64,000 nucleotides of DNA from an uncultured Verrucomicrobiae bacterium (lineage in GTDB: Bacteria; Verrucomicrobiota; Verrucomicrobiia; Palsa-1439): positions 58,043 through 122,042 of the forward strand of contig CAWEWF010000007.1 in assembly GCA_963812605.1 (NCBI GenBank). Reading direction: 5' to 3'. The position numbers were made by a program, and so were the translations under genes. Below are positions 30,950 to 40,506 of this stretch, piece after piece. The notes under the pieces are model-generated. The model searched no databases. It was not told where the DNA came from and was given only the letters and a program-made list of their open reading frames with translations. Position 1 is the first letter of the stretch. The number at the start of each line of letters is the position of its first letter.

Positions 30950-32765
30950 TTAGAGCTTCGATGGCGACGGGTACTGCCAGACCCAGTCGCCTTCGTTTTC
31001 ATCGAATAACTGCTTTCCCGGAATGCCGCCATCGTCCTTTTCGTTCCAGCCGACAGAATAAAGGACAAACTGGCCGTCGGCGGTACGACGGTATCGGTAG
31101 GGCTCGCCGGTTATTACATCATGAGGCAGTGAGGAAATGAATTGCGGCACGAGCGCGTCTAGTGTGTCGGGGAATTGGCCATTGGCCAGACGGTAGCGTT
31201 CCAACGCGCAGGCAAGCAGGGCTTGATCCGACGTGGTTTGTGCGACGGCCGCTTTGATGGGAATTTTCGGCAACGCGGGCAGCAGGATTGTTGACATGAG
31301 CCGATGATGTACGAAAATCGTGTCAAACGGATATCGTCCGGCGAGCGCCCGGTCAAACGCCTGGGCATCGGATTCAATTCGCTTCGGGTAAACTCGCTTG
31401 TTCGTTCCATCGAATGCTCCCGCCATCTGCAATACAGACAGACGGCAATAGTTGACCTGCTCCTGATCGAACCATCCCGACGGAACTATTCGACCAAAGA
31501 AATCGGCAACCTCTTTGTCAGATGGGGTTGGTTGTCCCGGGCCGACGAGTGTGATCAGCGTGCCGATCCCCCGTCTTTTGACGAATTCGATAATGGTGGT
31601 TCCCATCGCCCGTTCCGCATCGAGTGGGAACTTGAGATCCGCCACGAAATTATACGATTGCAGGCGAGCTTGAAGCTCTTGCAGTTGGGTATCCGACCAG
31701 GCCTGTTCGGCCAAACCTTCCCAAATCGGTTGGATCGCCGTTTGCACACAGGCGATCCGAACCAGATACGAAATCAAAGTGGGTTCTTCCTTCAGCGAAT
31801 CCGCCAGACGGAGGATCAGCGTCACATCTTTCAAGGCAGTCTCACTCCGGCCGGTGGTGAGTTCCGCGCAGGCTTTGAGTCCCAGCCGCCGACAGGCGCC
31901 CCTCACGTGGTTAAGATGCGGCAGCAGGATTTCCGCTGGATCTTCCAGGCTGTAATCGATTGGATAGCGCGAGAAAGGCCGCTGGCTGGCGGCGCGGAGT
32001 TCCGCAAAAGCAGCATCATTGGTTTTCAATCCTTCCAGAACCGACGGAGCGGCTTTTGCCCGGGATTTGAAATCGAGTTTGTCCGACCTGAATTTTTGCG
32101 AGCCGGTCATTTTGCCGGCCTGAACCACCGCAAAAGCGTTACTCCAGGCTGCCAAATCAAGAAACTGCCTGGCGAACACACTTCGCCGCGCCTCGGGAAC
32201 GGCCATGTGATCCTGCGCTTGCTCGTAGTTGTCTCCCTTTCGAATCCCCGGGGAATTGGTGCGGGCAAACCATGACTGGATTAACGGCGTTGCCGCGAAA
32301 TTTTGGCCGTCGGGAATCGAATGCGGAATGAACGCGTTAAAGTCCAACTGCTCGCCGCGGGCTTCCGCTTCATGACGGTATCGTGTCCCACGCGTGTTTC
32401 CCGCGAATGTTTTCCTCGGTGCAATACAGCGCATAGACGGTGACGAGAACCGCAAGGCCAATCAGCGCGCGGCGTACGTTTCGCCACTTGAACGGTCGAT
32501 GTAGCCAGCCAAACACCGGCAACAAGCTCGCCAAAAATATCACGGACACGGCCCCAAAGAAAACCATCGCCCCCTCCAAGAGGTGCCGCACCGACTCCTC
32601 TGTTCCGTCCGCGATGTTGAGCTTCCAGTCCCCAACCAACCCGGCGAAGATCGCCCATTCGCAAGGGAGCAAGACGAGGATGATTACCAGGAGACGGAGA
32701 ACCGCAGCGCGAGGTTTCGGCCAGGCCGGATTCCAAATGCTTTTCGGTTTTTCGTTCGTGTCCAT
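30950..32765 (-). CDS. Membrane-anchored hypothetical protein (frameshift near 32384)
   Basis: 3 TM then EENIRGKHAW(D)RYRHE; PHL, LISYLVRIA, ACALERYRLANGQFPDTLDALVP and LYSVGWNEKDDGG motifs. Confidence 0.75.
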
Positions 32766-32771
32766 GGCCAA

Positions 32772-33200
32772 TCAAGCCTCCAGAAATTCGCGTCGCCGTT
32801 CGCTCTGCGAGCCGGGTGTTAGTGGCGCGGGTGGCCTGGCGTTGCGCGATTCGGGCACGCCGATCAACTCGGCAAAGAAAACCTCCTGTTGGCGCAGTTC
32901 GGAGATCGCTTCCTGCGACAAGGAAGATCGCTTCGCAATCACGGGCGATTCATCGCGAGTGGCAAGATTCAGCGTGAGAATCAAAATCCACGCGCAGGCC
33001 AGGCCGGTCCAGATTCGCCGGCTCGGCAGGATCAATTCGCGCCACAATGTCCAGCCGACGGCGAGGAAGAGATTGCGCTTTGAATCACGGCGGTCATAGA
33101 CCGCCGCTACAGACGCGGCGAGTGATTTATCCCACATCCGATCCAGTTTCGGTTCGACCGACCGATGTCGCTTCAACAAGATTTCGCGCGGTGTTTTCAT
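32772..33200 (-). CDS. Putative membrane-bound anti-sigma factor
   Basis: ATGA overlap with the sigma stop; MKTPREILL, LWRELILPSRRIWTGLACAW TM segment. Confidence 0.65.
   Translation of the reverse strand: MKTPREILLKRHRSVEPKLDRMWDKSLAASVAAVYDRRDSKRNLFLAVGWTLWRELILPSRRIWTGLACAWILILTLNLATRDESPVIAKRSSLSQEAISELRQQEVFFAELIGVPESRNARPPAPLTPGSQSERRREFLEA
33088..33111 (-). repeat. GTAG-type REP palindrome inside the putative anti-sigma gene
   Basis: Minus strand TGTAG-CGGCGGTC-TAT-GACCGCCG (8-bp perfect stem). Confidence 0.7.
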
Positions 33201-33751
33201 GATGTTCGTGTCTCCAACAGTTTTCTCAGTGCCCGTTTGGCGTAATGCAGGCGGGATTTCACCGTGCCCACCTGCGTCTCGGTAATGCGGGCGATCTCTT
33301 CTAGGGAAAAGCCTTCGATGTAATGCAACAACAGCGCCGACCGCTGGGCCAACGGGAGTTTCTCCAGCAGTTTCATGAACTCCGCTTCTTGTTCCTCGCG
33401 GAGCAATACGTCGAGCGGATCGGGGCTGCCGGCTTTCGGGTCGGGCAGCAATTCCTCCCGCAACTCGGCTTCGCGGCCCTGCCGTCGCCATTGCTGGACG
33501 CATTTCTGATGGGCGATGCTGAAGAGCCAACCGCCGAATTTCTCGTCATCGCGCAGGGAAGCGATGTGCCGGAAGGCGCTGATGAAAGTCTCCTGCACAA
33601 GGTCGAGGCTGGCCTGTTCGTCGCGTAGCAGTTCAAAACCATAAACGTACAATGGCAGTCGGTAGCGCCGGAAGAGCGTCTTCCAGGCTTCGGCGTTCCC
33701 AGCCCGCGCGTCGGCCACGGGCAGTTGTTCGCGTTCAGGCACTACCAGCAT
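33197..33751 (-). CDS. ECF sigma-70 factor
   Basis: DLVQETFI, FGGWLFSIA, LEEIARI, GTVKSRLHYAK. Confidence 0.93.
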   Translation of the reverse strand: MLVVPEREQLPVADARAGNAEAWKTLFRRYRLPLYVYGFELLRDEQASLDLVQETFISAFRHIASLRDDEKFGGWLFSIAHQKCVQQWRRQGREAELREELLPDPKAGSPDPLDVLLREEQEAEFMKLLEKLPLAQRSALLLHYIEGFSLEEIARITETQVGTVKSRLHYAKRALRKLLETRTS

Positions 33752-33881
33752 TTACACCCAGTAGAATGTCGGGGGCGAGAAAAGGTTCAATCGAGATTAT
33801 CCAGCGGAGTGCTTGCCCATTTGCAAAATCCGGTTTTTCCCGTAGGATGATGGCGCGGTCAATTTCAATGGGGGCATCGTT

Positions 33882-35603
33882 ATGAAACAGGGCAGGTTCA
33901 GTTTCGTGTTTTTTCTCGCGCTGTTGACGCCAGCGCTGGGCGGGACATATACGATCCAGAGCACGCGCATCCCGGTCCCCGCGACCGCTGATGGCACGAC
34001 CAACGGTGATACGTCCGCATCTTCAACCAACGCCATTCACCTCGATGCCAATGTTTACGTGCCCGACAGCGTGGTCGCGCCTGCCCCGGTGGTGGTCGTC
34101 GTCCACGGTTTCGGGGAAACGAAAAGCACCGCCACCATTGTGACGTTCGCCGAGGATTTCGCCGCCGCGGGCTATGTCGTGGTCACACCCTCCGTGCGCG
34201 GCTTTGGCAATTCCGACGGCTCGGTTTCATTGGTTGGACCCAATGAGGTCAACGACCTGAAAACCATCATCCTGGCAATGCAAACGGGTTCGATCGGGGA
34301 CACACCGGCGGTGGCGATCCCCGTCACCGGCGCGAGCAAGTTCGGCGTGATGGGGCCATCTTACGGCGGCGGGCATACTTTCGAGATCATGCGGACGCAT
34401 GTGGCGGGCTTGACGGCGGTGATGCCGATCATCGGTTGGACGGACCTTTACCAGGCGCTGGCGCCCAACGACGTTCCCAAGCTGGCGTATTCGCTCGGCC
34501 TTTTCGCCAGCGGCTTTGATTTCACGAATCCAAACTATGCACCGGTCATGTTCGACTGGCTCCGCGACATTCTCAACGGCACGCCCGAGAAGACGCGCCA
34601 GGGTGATCCCGAGAACAACATCGATTGGCGTTCGGTAATCTTCAATCCGTCGGAGCTAACCGTCCCCGCCTTTGTGGTCCAAGGCTGGCAGGACGATTTA
34701 TTTCCCGCCGAGCAGGCCCTCCTACTTGCCCGAACGAATTCTTCCATCCCGTTCCTGAAACTTTACATCGGTGGGTTGGGGCATCCGCCCGCTTCGTCAA
34801 GCATCACGGGCGATGAAGGGATATATTTGCAGGCCCAGGCCGTCCGTTGGTTCGACCTATGGCTCAAGGGTGTTGACACCGGCATCACCAACGAGTCACC
34901 CGTGACGTTGGCCCCGGAGAATACGGCAAACTGGTCAAGCAATGCCTTGATACAGGTCAACGGCCTCCCGCTGTCAGGTGCGGTCACAAACACGTACTTC
35001 CTGAACGGCGCGCTGCTTTCCGCCGTCAGCCCGGCCGCGAATGCCAAAGCGAAGAAACTGTCGCCCTCAACCGGGTTCCTTTTTGTGCTGCGTCCGCTCC
35101 TGCGTGCCGTCGGCGCGGACGACATCACGTTGATCGAGTCCGTCGCTTCAGTGAACGCCATCCTGAATTCCGGCGCGACCAGCATCCTTGAGCCAAACAT
35201 CTTTACAAAAACCGACGGGGGCGCGAACCGGGCCCGGTTCACCAGCGTCACGCTGCCCGCGGACCTCAACGTCGTCGGACCACCATTGTGCCATTTGATC
35301 GTTTCAGCCGGGCACGCCGATGCTTATTATTATGTGCAGATCCTTGAGCGTTCGGCTGATGGCGTGACCCAACTCATCACGCGCGGCGCCTTCAAAGACC
35401 ACACGGCCAATCCATCCACACCACACGCGATTGATTTTTCACCCTTCACGGTGAACCACACCTTCCGGGCCGGCAGCCAAATTTTCTTCCAAATCACCAG
35501 CCGCGATTACCCGTTCTTCCTGCCCAACCTCAATCAGCCCACGGTAAAGATCTACCGCGACGCCGTGAACACCTCAACACTCTCCCTGCCCGTGACGCAA
35601 TGA
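33882..35603 (+). CDS. Exported CocE/NonD (peptidase S15-like) alpha/beta hydrolase
   Basis: Signal peptide; HGFG, RGFGNSDG, GPSYGGG nucleophile elbow, QGWQDDLF, RWFDLWLKG. Confidence 0.85.
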   Translation: MKQGRFSFVFFLALLTPALGGTYTIQSTRIPVPATADGTTNGDTSASSTNAIHLDANVYVPDSVVAPAPVVVVVHGFGETKSTATIVTFAEDFAAAGYVVVTPSVRGFGNSDGSVSLVGPNEVNDLKTIILAMQTGSIGDTPAVAIPVTGASKFGVMGPSYGGGHTFEIMRTHVAGLTAVMPIIGWTDLYQALAPNDVPKLAYSLGLFASGFDFTNPNYAPVMFDWLRDILNGTPEKTRQGDPENNIDWRSVIFNPSELTVPAFVVQGWQDDLFPAEQALLLARTNSSIPFLKLYIGGLGHPPASSSITGDEGIYLQAQAVRWFDLWLKGVDTGITNESPVTLAPENTANWSSNALIQVNGLPLSGAVTNTYFLNGALLSAVSPAANAKAKKLSPSTGFLFVLRPLLRAVGADDITLIESVASVNAILNSGATSILEPNIFTKTDGGANRARFTSVTLPADLNVVGPPLCHLIVSAGHADAYYYVQILERSADGVTQLITRGAFKDHTANPSTPHAIDFSPFTVNHTFRAGSQIFFQITSRDYPFFLPNLNQPTVKIYRDAVNTSTLSLPVTQ

Positions 35604-35635
35604 GATCGACCGTGGGGTGGGGCTACTGGCCCACA

Positions 35636-36562
35636 TCATTTCTGGGCATTGAGCTTGTCATAGAAAACCTGTTGTCTTAGCCAGGCCCGATGATAAATGC
35701 GCTGACTGGTTCCGGAGGGGTAGGCGCGTGAGGGAATAATGCTGAACGCATTGCAGGTGTCGCTGCCGTCTGAATTGATGTCATTGCCTATGGAGCCGCT
35801 GTAGGCGTATCCGTCCAGTTTTTTGATCTGATCCTTCAGTTTGACGGAATCAGAACCCCCGCAGATGACGCCCACGAGGAAGGGATATTCCGAGTCCTCG
35901 ATCACGACTTTTTTGACCGTGATGCCGGCGTTCCGGGCGGCGAGTTGGATGGCATTAATCAGGCCTTCCTTGGTGTACCGGGCATCCAGGTTCGTCGGTG
36001 GTTCGACGGGGTTTCCCAGGTATTCGAGCAGGGCTTGATTGGGGCCGGATAACGAAGCCGGCTTCTCCGCGGAACCGCTGTTGCCAGAGTGCTCAAGGTA
36101 GTTCCATCCTTTATTGCGGAGAACCCACTTTCCCTGGCCGAAATACACTCCACCGAACGCGTCGCCCGAATAGAAACTGACGTGAAGATAGCCGTCTTCA
36201 TTCATTGTCTTGACCATGCGGAATAAACCAGCGCCTTTCTTGATCCTCACGTGTTGATTCTCGTCAACCGGAGTAGGGCCACTGTTCGAAATGCTGGTGG
36301 CATAAAAGCCCAGGTCTGCTTCATCCCTGGAACTCAGGACATAGGTGCCCTCCACGCTATAAGTCCCCCCCGTCGCGATCGTGCCGCTCGTTCCGCGCAC
36401 TTGTTGGATCGTAATATTGTCACCGGGAGCGAATTCCTGGTCGCCCAGTTCATATTTGACCGCGTAAGGTAAATCCCCGCTGGAGGATGCCAGCACACAG
36501 GAGGTGGTGATAACAAAGAGAATCGCCAAGACCCGGGTCAGGCGCGCGCGTTGTACTTTCAT
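35636..36562 (-). CDS. Exported hypothetical protein, third gene of an ECF operon
   Basis: AAGGA RBS, signal peptide, FAPGDNITI..GTY.LSS.DEA..LHVSFY..GGVYFG. Confidence 0.7.
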   Translation of the reverse strand: MKVQRARLTRVLAILFVITTSCVLASSSGDLPYAVKYELGDQEFAPGDNITIQQVRGTSGTIATGGTYSVEGTYVLSSRDEADLGFYATSISNSGPTPVDENQHVRIKKGAGLFRMVKTMNEDGYLHVSFYSGDAFGGVYFGQGKWVLRNKGWNYLEHSGNSGSAEKPASLSGPNQALLEYLGNPVEPPTNLDARYTKEGLINAIQLAARNAGITVKKVVIEDSEYPFLVGVICGGSDSVKLKDQIKKLDGYAYSGSIGNDINSDGSDTCNAFSIIPSRAYPSGTSQRIYHRAWLRQQVFYDKLNAQK

Positions 36563-36585
36563 AATGGCGAATTCCTTTCTGATTT

Positions 36586-37131
36586 CTATTGGGCAGGTTC
36601 CGGGTGACCGGGCCAAAGCGTTCCGCTGGCGACGATCGTCTCGTCGGACAGGGTGTCAACGACGAGATTGCCTTCCTGGTGAAACTTGTAGGTTGGCACA
36701 CGGTAGGAAACCTGGATGGAAACAGTGGAATCGCGGTCGCTGGATCGGGCCATTTCCGTTTCATGAATCCGTGCGCCGGAGGAATAGTTGATCAGCAGAA
36801 AGGTGGCGATCAGCAACAGGGAAGCGGCAATGGCCAGGGGCCACACGAGAGTGCTCCATGCGCCAACGACGGACTCCTCATCCGCGAGCGGAGTGGACTG
36901 GTGCTCAAGAGCCGTCAGAATACGACGCTGAACCTCCGGTCCAAGCGCAAGGGTTTCGGTACCTTGACGAAGACGCTCGGACAGGAATTGCGCCAGTTGT
37001 TGTTCTTCGCGCACGACCTGTCGACAAACATTGCACCGTGCTAAATGCCTGTCCGCAGCGGACTGTGTTCTGGCAGAAAGAGTCCCCTCCAAATATTCGT
37101 ACAACCGATTCTGGAAACGCCGGCAGTTCAT
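36586..37131 (-). CDS. Zinc-finger (ZAS) anti-sigma factor
   Basis: MNC...YLEGTL...HLARCNVC (HxxxCxxC), single TM; ATGA overlap with sigma. Confidence 0.88.
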   Translation of the reverse strand: MNCRRFQNRLYEYLEGTLSARTQSAADRHLARCNVCRQVVREEQQLAQFLSERLRQGTETLALGPEVQRRILTALEHQSTPLADEESVVGAWSTLVWPLAIAASLLLIATFLLINYSSGARIHETEMARSSDRDSTVSIQVSYRVPTYKFHQEGNLVVDTLSDETIVASGTLWPGHPEPAQ

Positions 37132-37703
37132 CGTCTTCGTACTTCCTCTGTGCCGCAGGCGCCGAAAAGGTTCAATTCCTCGGGCAAGAGTTTCTGCATT
37201 TCCCTAATGGCATAATGGAGTCTCGATTTGACGGTCCCCTTGGAGATCCCCAAGTGCCGTGCGATTTCGTGGATTTTCATGTTCTCGTAGTAGCGGAGGA
37301 CAAGGACCTCCCGGTGTGCGGCGGAAAGTCGGCGCAAGGCTTCGAGGAGGGCCAATGAAGCCGTCCCAGTATCCAATCGGTTTGGGTGTTCCTCCGGCAA
37401 AGAAACCTCCCGTCCGACCAACTCGTCATCATAGACGATCCGCTTGCGGTCTCGATGATAGTGGCGGGTCAGGTTGAGAAGAATGGAATGGAGCCATGTG
37501 TAGACGGTCGAGCGACCCTGAAATCGGTGAACGGATCGAATCGCCTGGAGAAATGTCTCCTGAACGATGTCCTGCGCGTCGGTTTCATTACCGCAGAGCG
37601 AAAAAGCGGAACGAAGCAGCCGATCTCCATAAGCATTGACCAATTCCTGCGCCGCTCCGGGAATCCGGCCCTTCAGGGCCGAGATAAGCCGCTCCTCATC
37701 CAT
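37128..37703 (-). CDS. ECF sigma-70 factor
   Basis: DAQDIVQETF, STVYTWL, HREVLVLRYYE, GTVKSRLHYA. Confidence 0.93.
   Translation of the reverse strand: MDEERLISALKGRIPGAAQELVNAYGDRLLRSAFSLCGNETDAQDIVQETFLQAIRSVHRFQGRSTVYTWLHSILLNLTRHYHRDRKRIVYDDELVGREVSLPEEHPNRLDTGTASLALLEALRRLSAAHREVLVLRYYENMKIHEIARHLGISKGTVKSRLHYAIREMQKLLPEELNLFGACGTEEVRRR
37149..37175 (-). promoter_or_regulatory. Putative ECF promoter upstream of the anti-sigma gene
   Basis: TTGAACCTTTT-N10-GGCACA, same layout as 37711-37737. Confidence 0.6.
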
Positions 37704-37710
37704 GCTGCTT

Positions 37711-37737
37711 TGTGCCACCAAAGGCAAAAAGGTTCAA
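37711..37737 (-). promoter_or_regulatory. Putative autoregulatory ECF promoter
   Basis: TTGAACCTTTT-N10-GGCACA, 7 nt upstream of the sigma ATG. Confidence 0.65.
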
Positions 37738-38109
37738 GGAATTGACGGCGGTCCGCGGTTGCCGGCGCGGTCTTTACCCGCGCTCCATGAGGAACAGGAT
37801 TACGCAGGCGATCAGCCATGCCAACGCGATTACCCGTTTCTCTGCGGGGGTAACAACGACTCCGTCGAAATTTCCTATCTTGGTTTCGCCAAGTTTGTTC
37901 ATAAAAACGTCCTCCTTGTAGTTTTTCATCTAACGCCAAAACAAAGAACAATCCATTGGTTAAAAATCCTAAATTCTCTTCAGAAACCATCCTATGCGAG
38001 GGACGCGGCGCGGGGGCAATGGGGGAGGATTTGCATAAATCGCGCTTGCGCCCACGGGATTTTTAATTATTGTTCCGGCGCGAAGACAGCGAAAGGAGGG
38101 GAGGCAGGA

Positions 38110-38310
38110 ATGGAAGAGATCACTTGTCCAAACTGTAACGTGGATGTGGATCGCGAGGAGTTGAAACGGAACAATCTGCGTTGTCCCACGTGTGGATTCG
38201 ATCTGAGCGATGCGGGAGAACCGGAAGTCGCTGACGAGGATGAGGAAGAGGAACTTGACGAGGATGAAGACGAGGAGGATGAGGAAGACGATGAGGAGGG
38301 GGAAGAGTGA
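38110..38310 (+). CDS. Small Zn-ribbon protein with acidic tail (66 aa)
   Basis: GGAGG RBS; CPNC...CPTC; C-terminal D/E run. Confidence 0.7.
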   Translation: MEEITCPNCNVDVDREELKRNNLRCPTCGFDLSDAGEPEVADEDEEEELDEDEDEEDEEDDEEGEE

Positions 38311-38352
38311 GGCGCGTTCCGTCACCGCCCGCATTCTTGGCGGCGACACGGA

Positions 38353-39009
38353 ATGATTGTTGAGACTTTTGAGGCGGGGCCGGTGGCGACCAACGGCTAT
38401 CTGATCGCCGACAGGCCAGGCGGCAAAGCTGTGGTGATTGATGCGCCGCAGGGTGTTGCCCCGCTGATGGTCGAGCAGGCCCGCGAATGGAACGCCCCGA
38501 TCACCCACCTCATTAATACCCACGCCCATTGGGACCACATCTTGGACAATGCCGAATTGTTGCGGCTGACGAGGGCGAGATTTGGGATCCATCGCGAGAG
38601 CGCGCCACTGTTGACTGTCCCGCAGACGCGTCTTTTTGGATTGGACCTGGACATCGAGCCGTCGAACCCAGACTTTTTCCTGGAAGAAGGGGAAGTATTT
38701 GTGGTGGGCGACCTGAGATTTGAAATCCTGCATTGTCCCGGTCACTGTCCCGGCAGCGTGGTGTTGTTCGAACGGAAAGAACGCGCGGCCTTTGTGGGGG
38801 ACGTGTTGTTCGCGGGCTCGATCGGACGCACGGATTTGCCGGGAGGGGACCATCAGTTGCTCATCGACAGCATCCGGGGGAAGCTGTTGCTGTTGGGGGA
38901 CGATGTGAGGGTGTTTTCGGGACACGGGCCGGTGACCACGATTGGTGAAGAACGGCGAACAAACCCTTTTTTGACGACCAAGGGTGTGGGAACCCATAAA
39001 AATCAATAG
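38353..39009 (+). CDS. MBL-fold metallo-hydrolase (glyoxalase II-like)
   Basis: THAHWDH, PGHCPG, GDVLFAGSIGRTDLPGG, GHGP.TTIGEE. Confidence 0.93.
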   Translation: MIVETFEAGPVATNGYLIADRPGGKAVVIDAPQGVAPLMVEQAREWNAPITHLINTHAHWDHILDNAELLRLTRARFGIHRESAPLLTVPQTRLFGLDLDIEPSNPDFFLEEGEVFVVGDLRFEILHCPGHCPGSVVLFERKERAAFVGDVLFAGSIGRTDLPGGDHQLLIDSIRGKLLLLGDDVRVFSGHGPVTTIGEERRTNPFLTTKGVGTHKNQ

Positions 39010-39075
39010 TTGCAAGGTTTTCGGCGCTTTTGTAGTATCCGCCGAACCCTAAACCAAGGAGAGATGAGGAGATTT

Positions 39076-39360
39076 ATGGCAAAGTTGACGAAGTCGCAGA
39101 TTTTGGGAAACCTCGCAGAGAGAACCGGCGTGTCGAAGAAGGCCGCAGGCATGTTCGTGGAAGAGCTGGTCAAATTGGCGTACAAGGAGGCGAAGAATTC
39201 ATTCACGATCCCCGGCCTTGGGAAAATCGTGTTGGTGAATCGCAAAGCCCGCCTCGGCCGCAACCCGGCCACCGGCGCGACGATTCAGATTCCGGCCAAG
39301 CGGGTGGTGAAGTTCCGCATCGCCAAGGCCGCGAAGGACGCCATCTTGGGCACGAAGTAA
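39076..39360 (+). CDS. hup: HU family DNA-binding protein
   Basis: GAGGAG RBS; PGLGK..RKARLGRNPATG..IQIPAKRVVKF. Confidence 0.93.
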   Translation: MAKLTKSQILGNLAERTGVSKKAAGMFVEELVKLAYKEAKNSFTIPGLGKIVLVNRKARLGRNPATGATIQIPAKRVVKFRIAKAAKDAILGTK

Positions 39361-39381
39361 TTCTCGGAAGATTCCTGCTTC

Positions 39382-39430
39382 AAAAAACGGGACGGGCGGT
39401 TGTGCCTGGCGCAGCCGCCCGTTTTCTTTC
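39382..39430. terminator. Probable bidirectional intrinsic terminator
   Basis: Stem ACGGGCGGTTGTGC/GCGCAGCCGCCCGT flanked by A and T tracts, between convergent genes. Confidence 0.75.
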
Positions 39431-39442
39431 CCGCAAGACGAA

Positions 39443-39868
39443 TTACTTCGCCGATTTCTTCGTGAACGCCGTGATGTCGGGAATACCGGCGGAGCGCGCC
39501 GCGTCAACAATCGCAACGACCGTTCCGTAGCTGACCGTCTTGTCCGCTGAGAACTGCACCTGCACTTTCGGGTTTTGCTCTTTCGCGTCGCGCAGGGCTT
39601 TCTCCAGCACGCTGAGGGCTACGGGCTTGTTGTCGAGATAGATGGTCTCGTCGGAGCCAACGGCAATGTTCAGTCGGTCCACCTTCTCGCGTCCGACCTC
39701 CTCGGCGGTTTTCGCCTCGGGCAGGACGAGCTTGACGGCGGTGGGCGAAGTCGCGCGAAAGGTGGTCGTCGCGATAAAAAAGATCAGCAGGATGAACAAC
39801 ACGTCCACGAGATTGATCACGCGGATGACCGGCGGACGCTGGGCTTTGCTGGGCTCAAAGATGCGCAT
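39443..39868 (-). CDS. exbD: ExbD/TolR family protein
   Basis: INLVDVLFILLIFF, LVLPEA, ADKTVSYG. Confidence 0.9.
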   Translation of the reverse strand: MRIFEPSKAQRPPVIRVINLVDVLFILLIFFIATTTFRATSPTAVKLVLPEAKTAEEVGREKVDRLNIAVGSDETIYLDNKPVALSVLEKALRDAKEQNPKVQVQFSADKTVSYGTVVAIVDAARSAGIPDITAFTKKSAK

Positions 39869-39877
39869 GGCGGTTCC

Positions 39878-40492
39878 CTAGTAGTCGGAGTTGCGATACA
39901 GCCGCGTGAGCAATTCGTTCGTGTAGCGTTCCAGTTCCAGCACCAGCACCTCGATGCGGCGGCGCAGGTACATATAGGCGATCAGCGCGGGAATGGCGAT
40001 CCCCAGGCCGGTCATGGTCGCGGTCAACGCTTCGTAAATGCCGCGTGAAATCATGGCCGGGTCGCCCAGGCCTTTTTTGGCGACATCCTGGAACAATTGC
40101 ACCATGCCGATGACCGTGCCGAGCAACCCGAGCAACGGGCCGAGCTCGGCGATCAATGACAAGGTTGTCAGCCCGCGCTCCATGCGTCCGACGATCTGCC
40201 GGGCGAGCGCCTGCATGGCCTCGACATTTTCCGTTTTCGGCAACGAGGCGTGCATGAAGACCGCCTGGATCAGTTTCCCGAGCACCGTTGGATCGGAGGT
40301 GGTCATCAACCGCACTTTTTCCGTTTGTTCCGGTGTCACCGGTTGCGCGTCGATGGCCGCAGCCAGGGTGGGCGAGATGATGTTCCGCCGCTGCAGCGCC
40401 CAGGTGCGCTCCAGGATGATGGCTACGCCTGCGATCGAGCAGACCAGCAACGGCCACATGGCGATTCCGCCTCGAAAAAACCATTCCGGCAT
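39878..40492 (-). CDS. exbB: ExbB/TolQ/MotA family proton channel
   Basis: GGIAMWPL, PLLGLLGTVIGM, GIYEALTAT..GL.IAIPA. Confidence 0.9.
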   Translation of the reverse strand: MPEWFFRGGIAMWPLLVCSIAGVAIILERTWALQRRNIISPTLAAAIDAQPVTPEQTEKVRLMTTSDPTVLGKLIQAVFMHASLPKTENVEAMQALARQIVGRMERGLTTLSLIAELGPLLGLLGTVIGMVQLFQDVAKKGLGDPAMISRGIYEALTATMTGLGIAIPALIAYMYLRRRIEVLVLELERYTNELLTRLYRNSDY

Positions 40493-40506
40493 GAAGTCCT
40501 CCCTTA

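Noticed and set aside
37969-39015. 348-aa minus-strand ORF
   Set aside because: Antisense to the MBL hydrolase and the Zn-ribbon gene.
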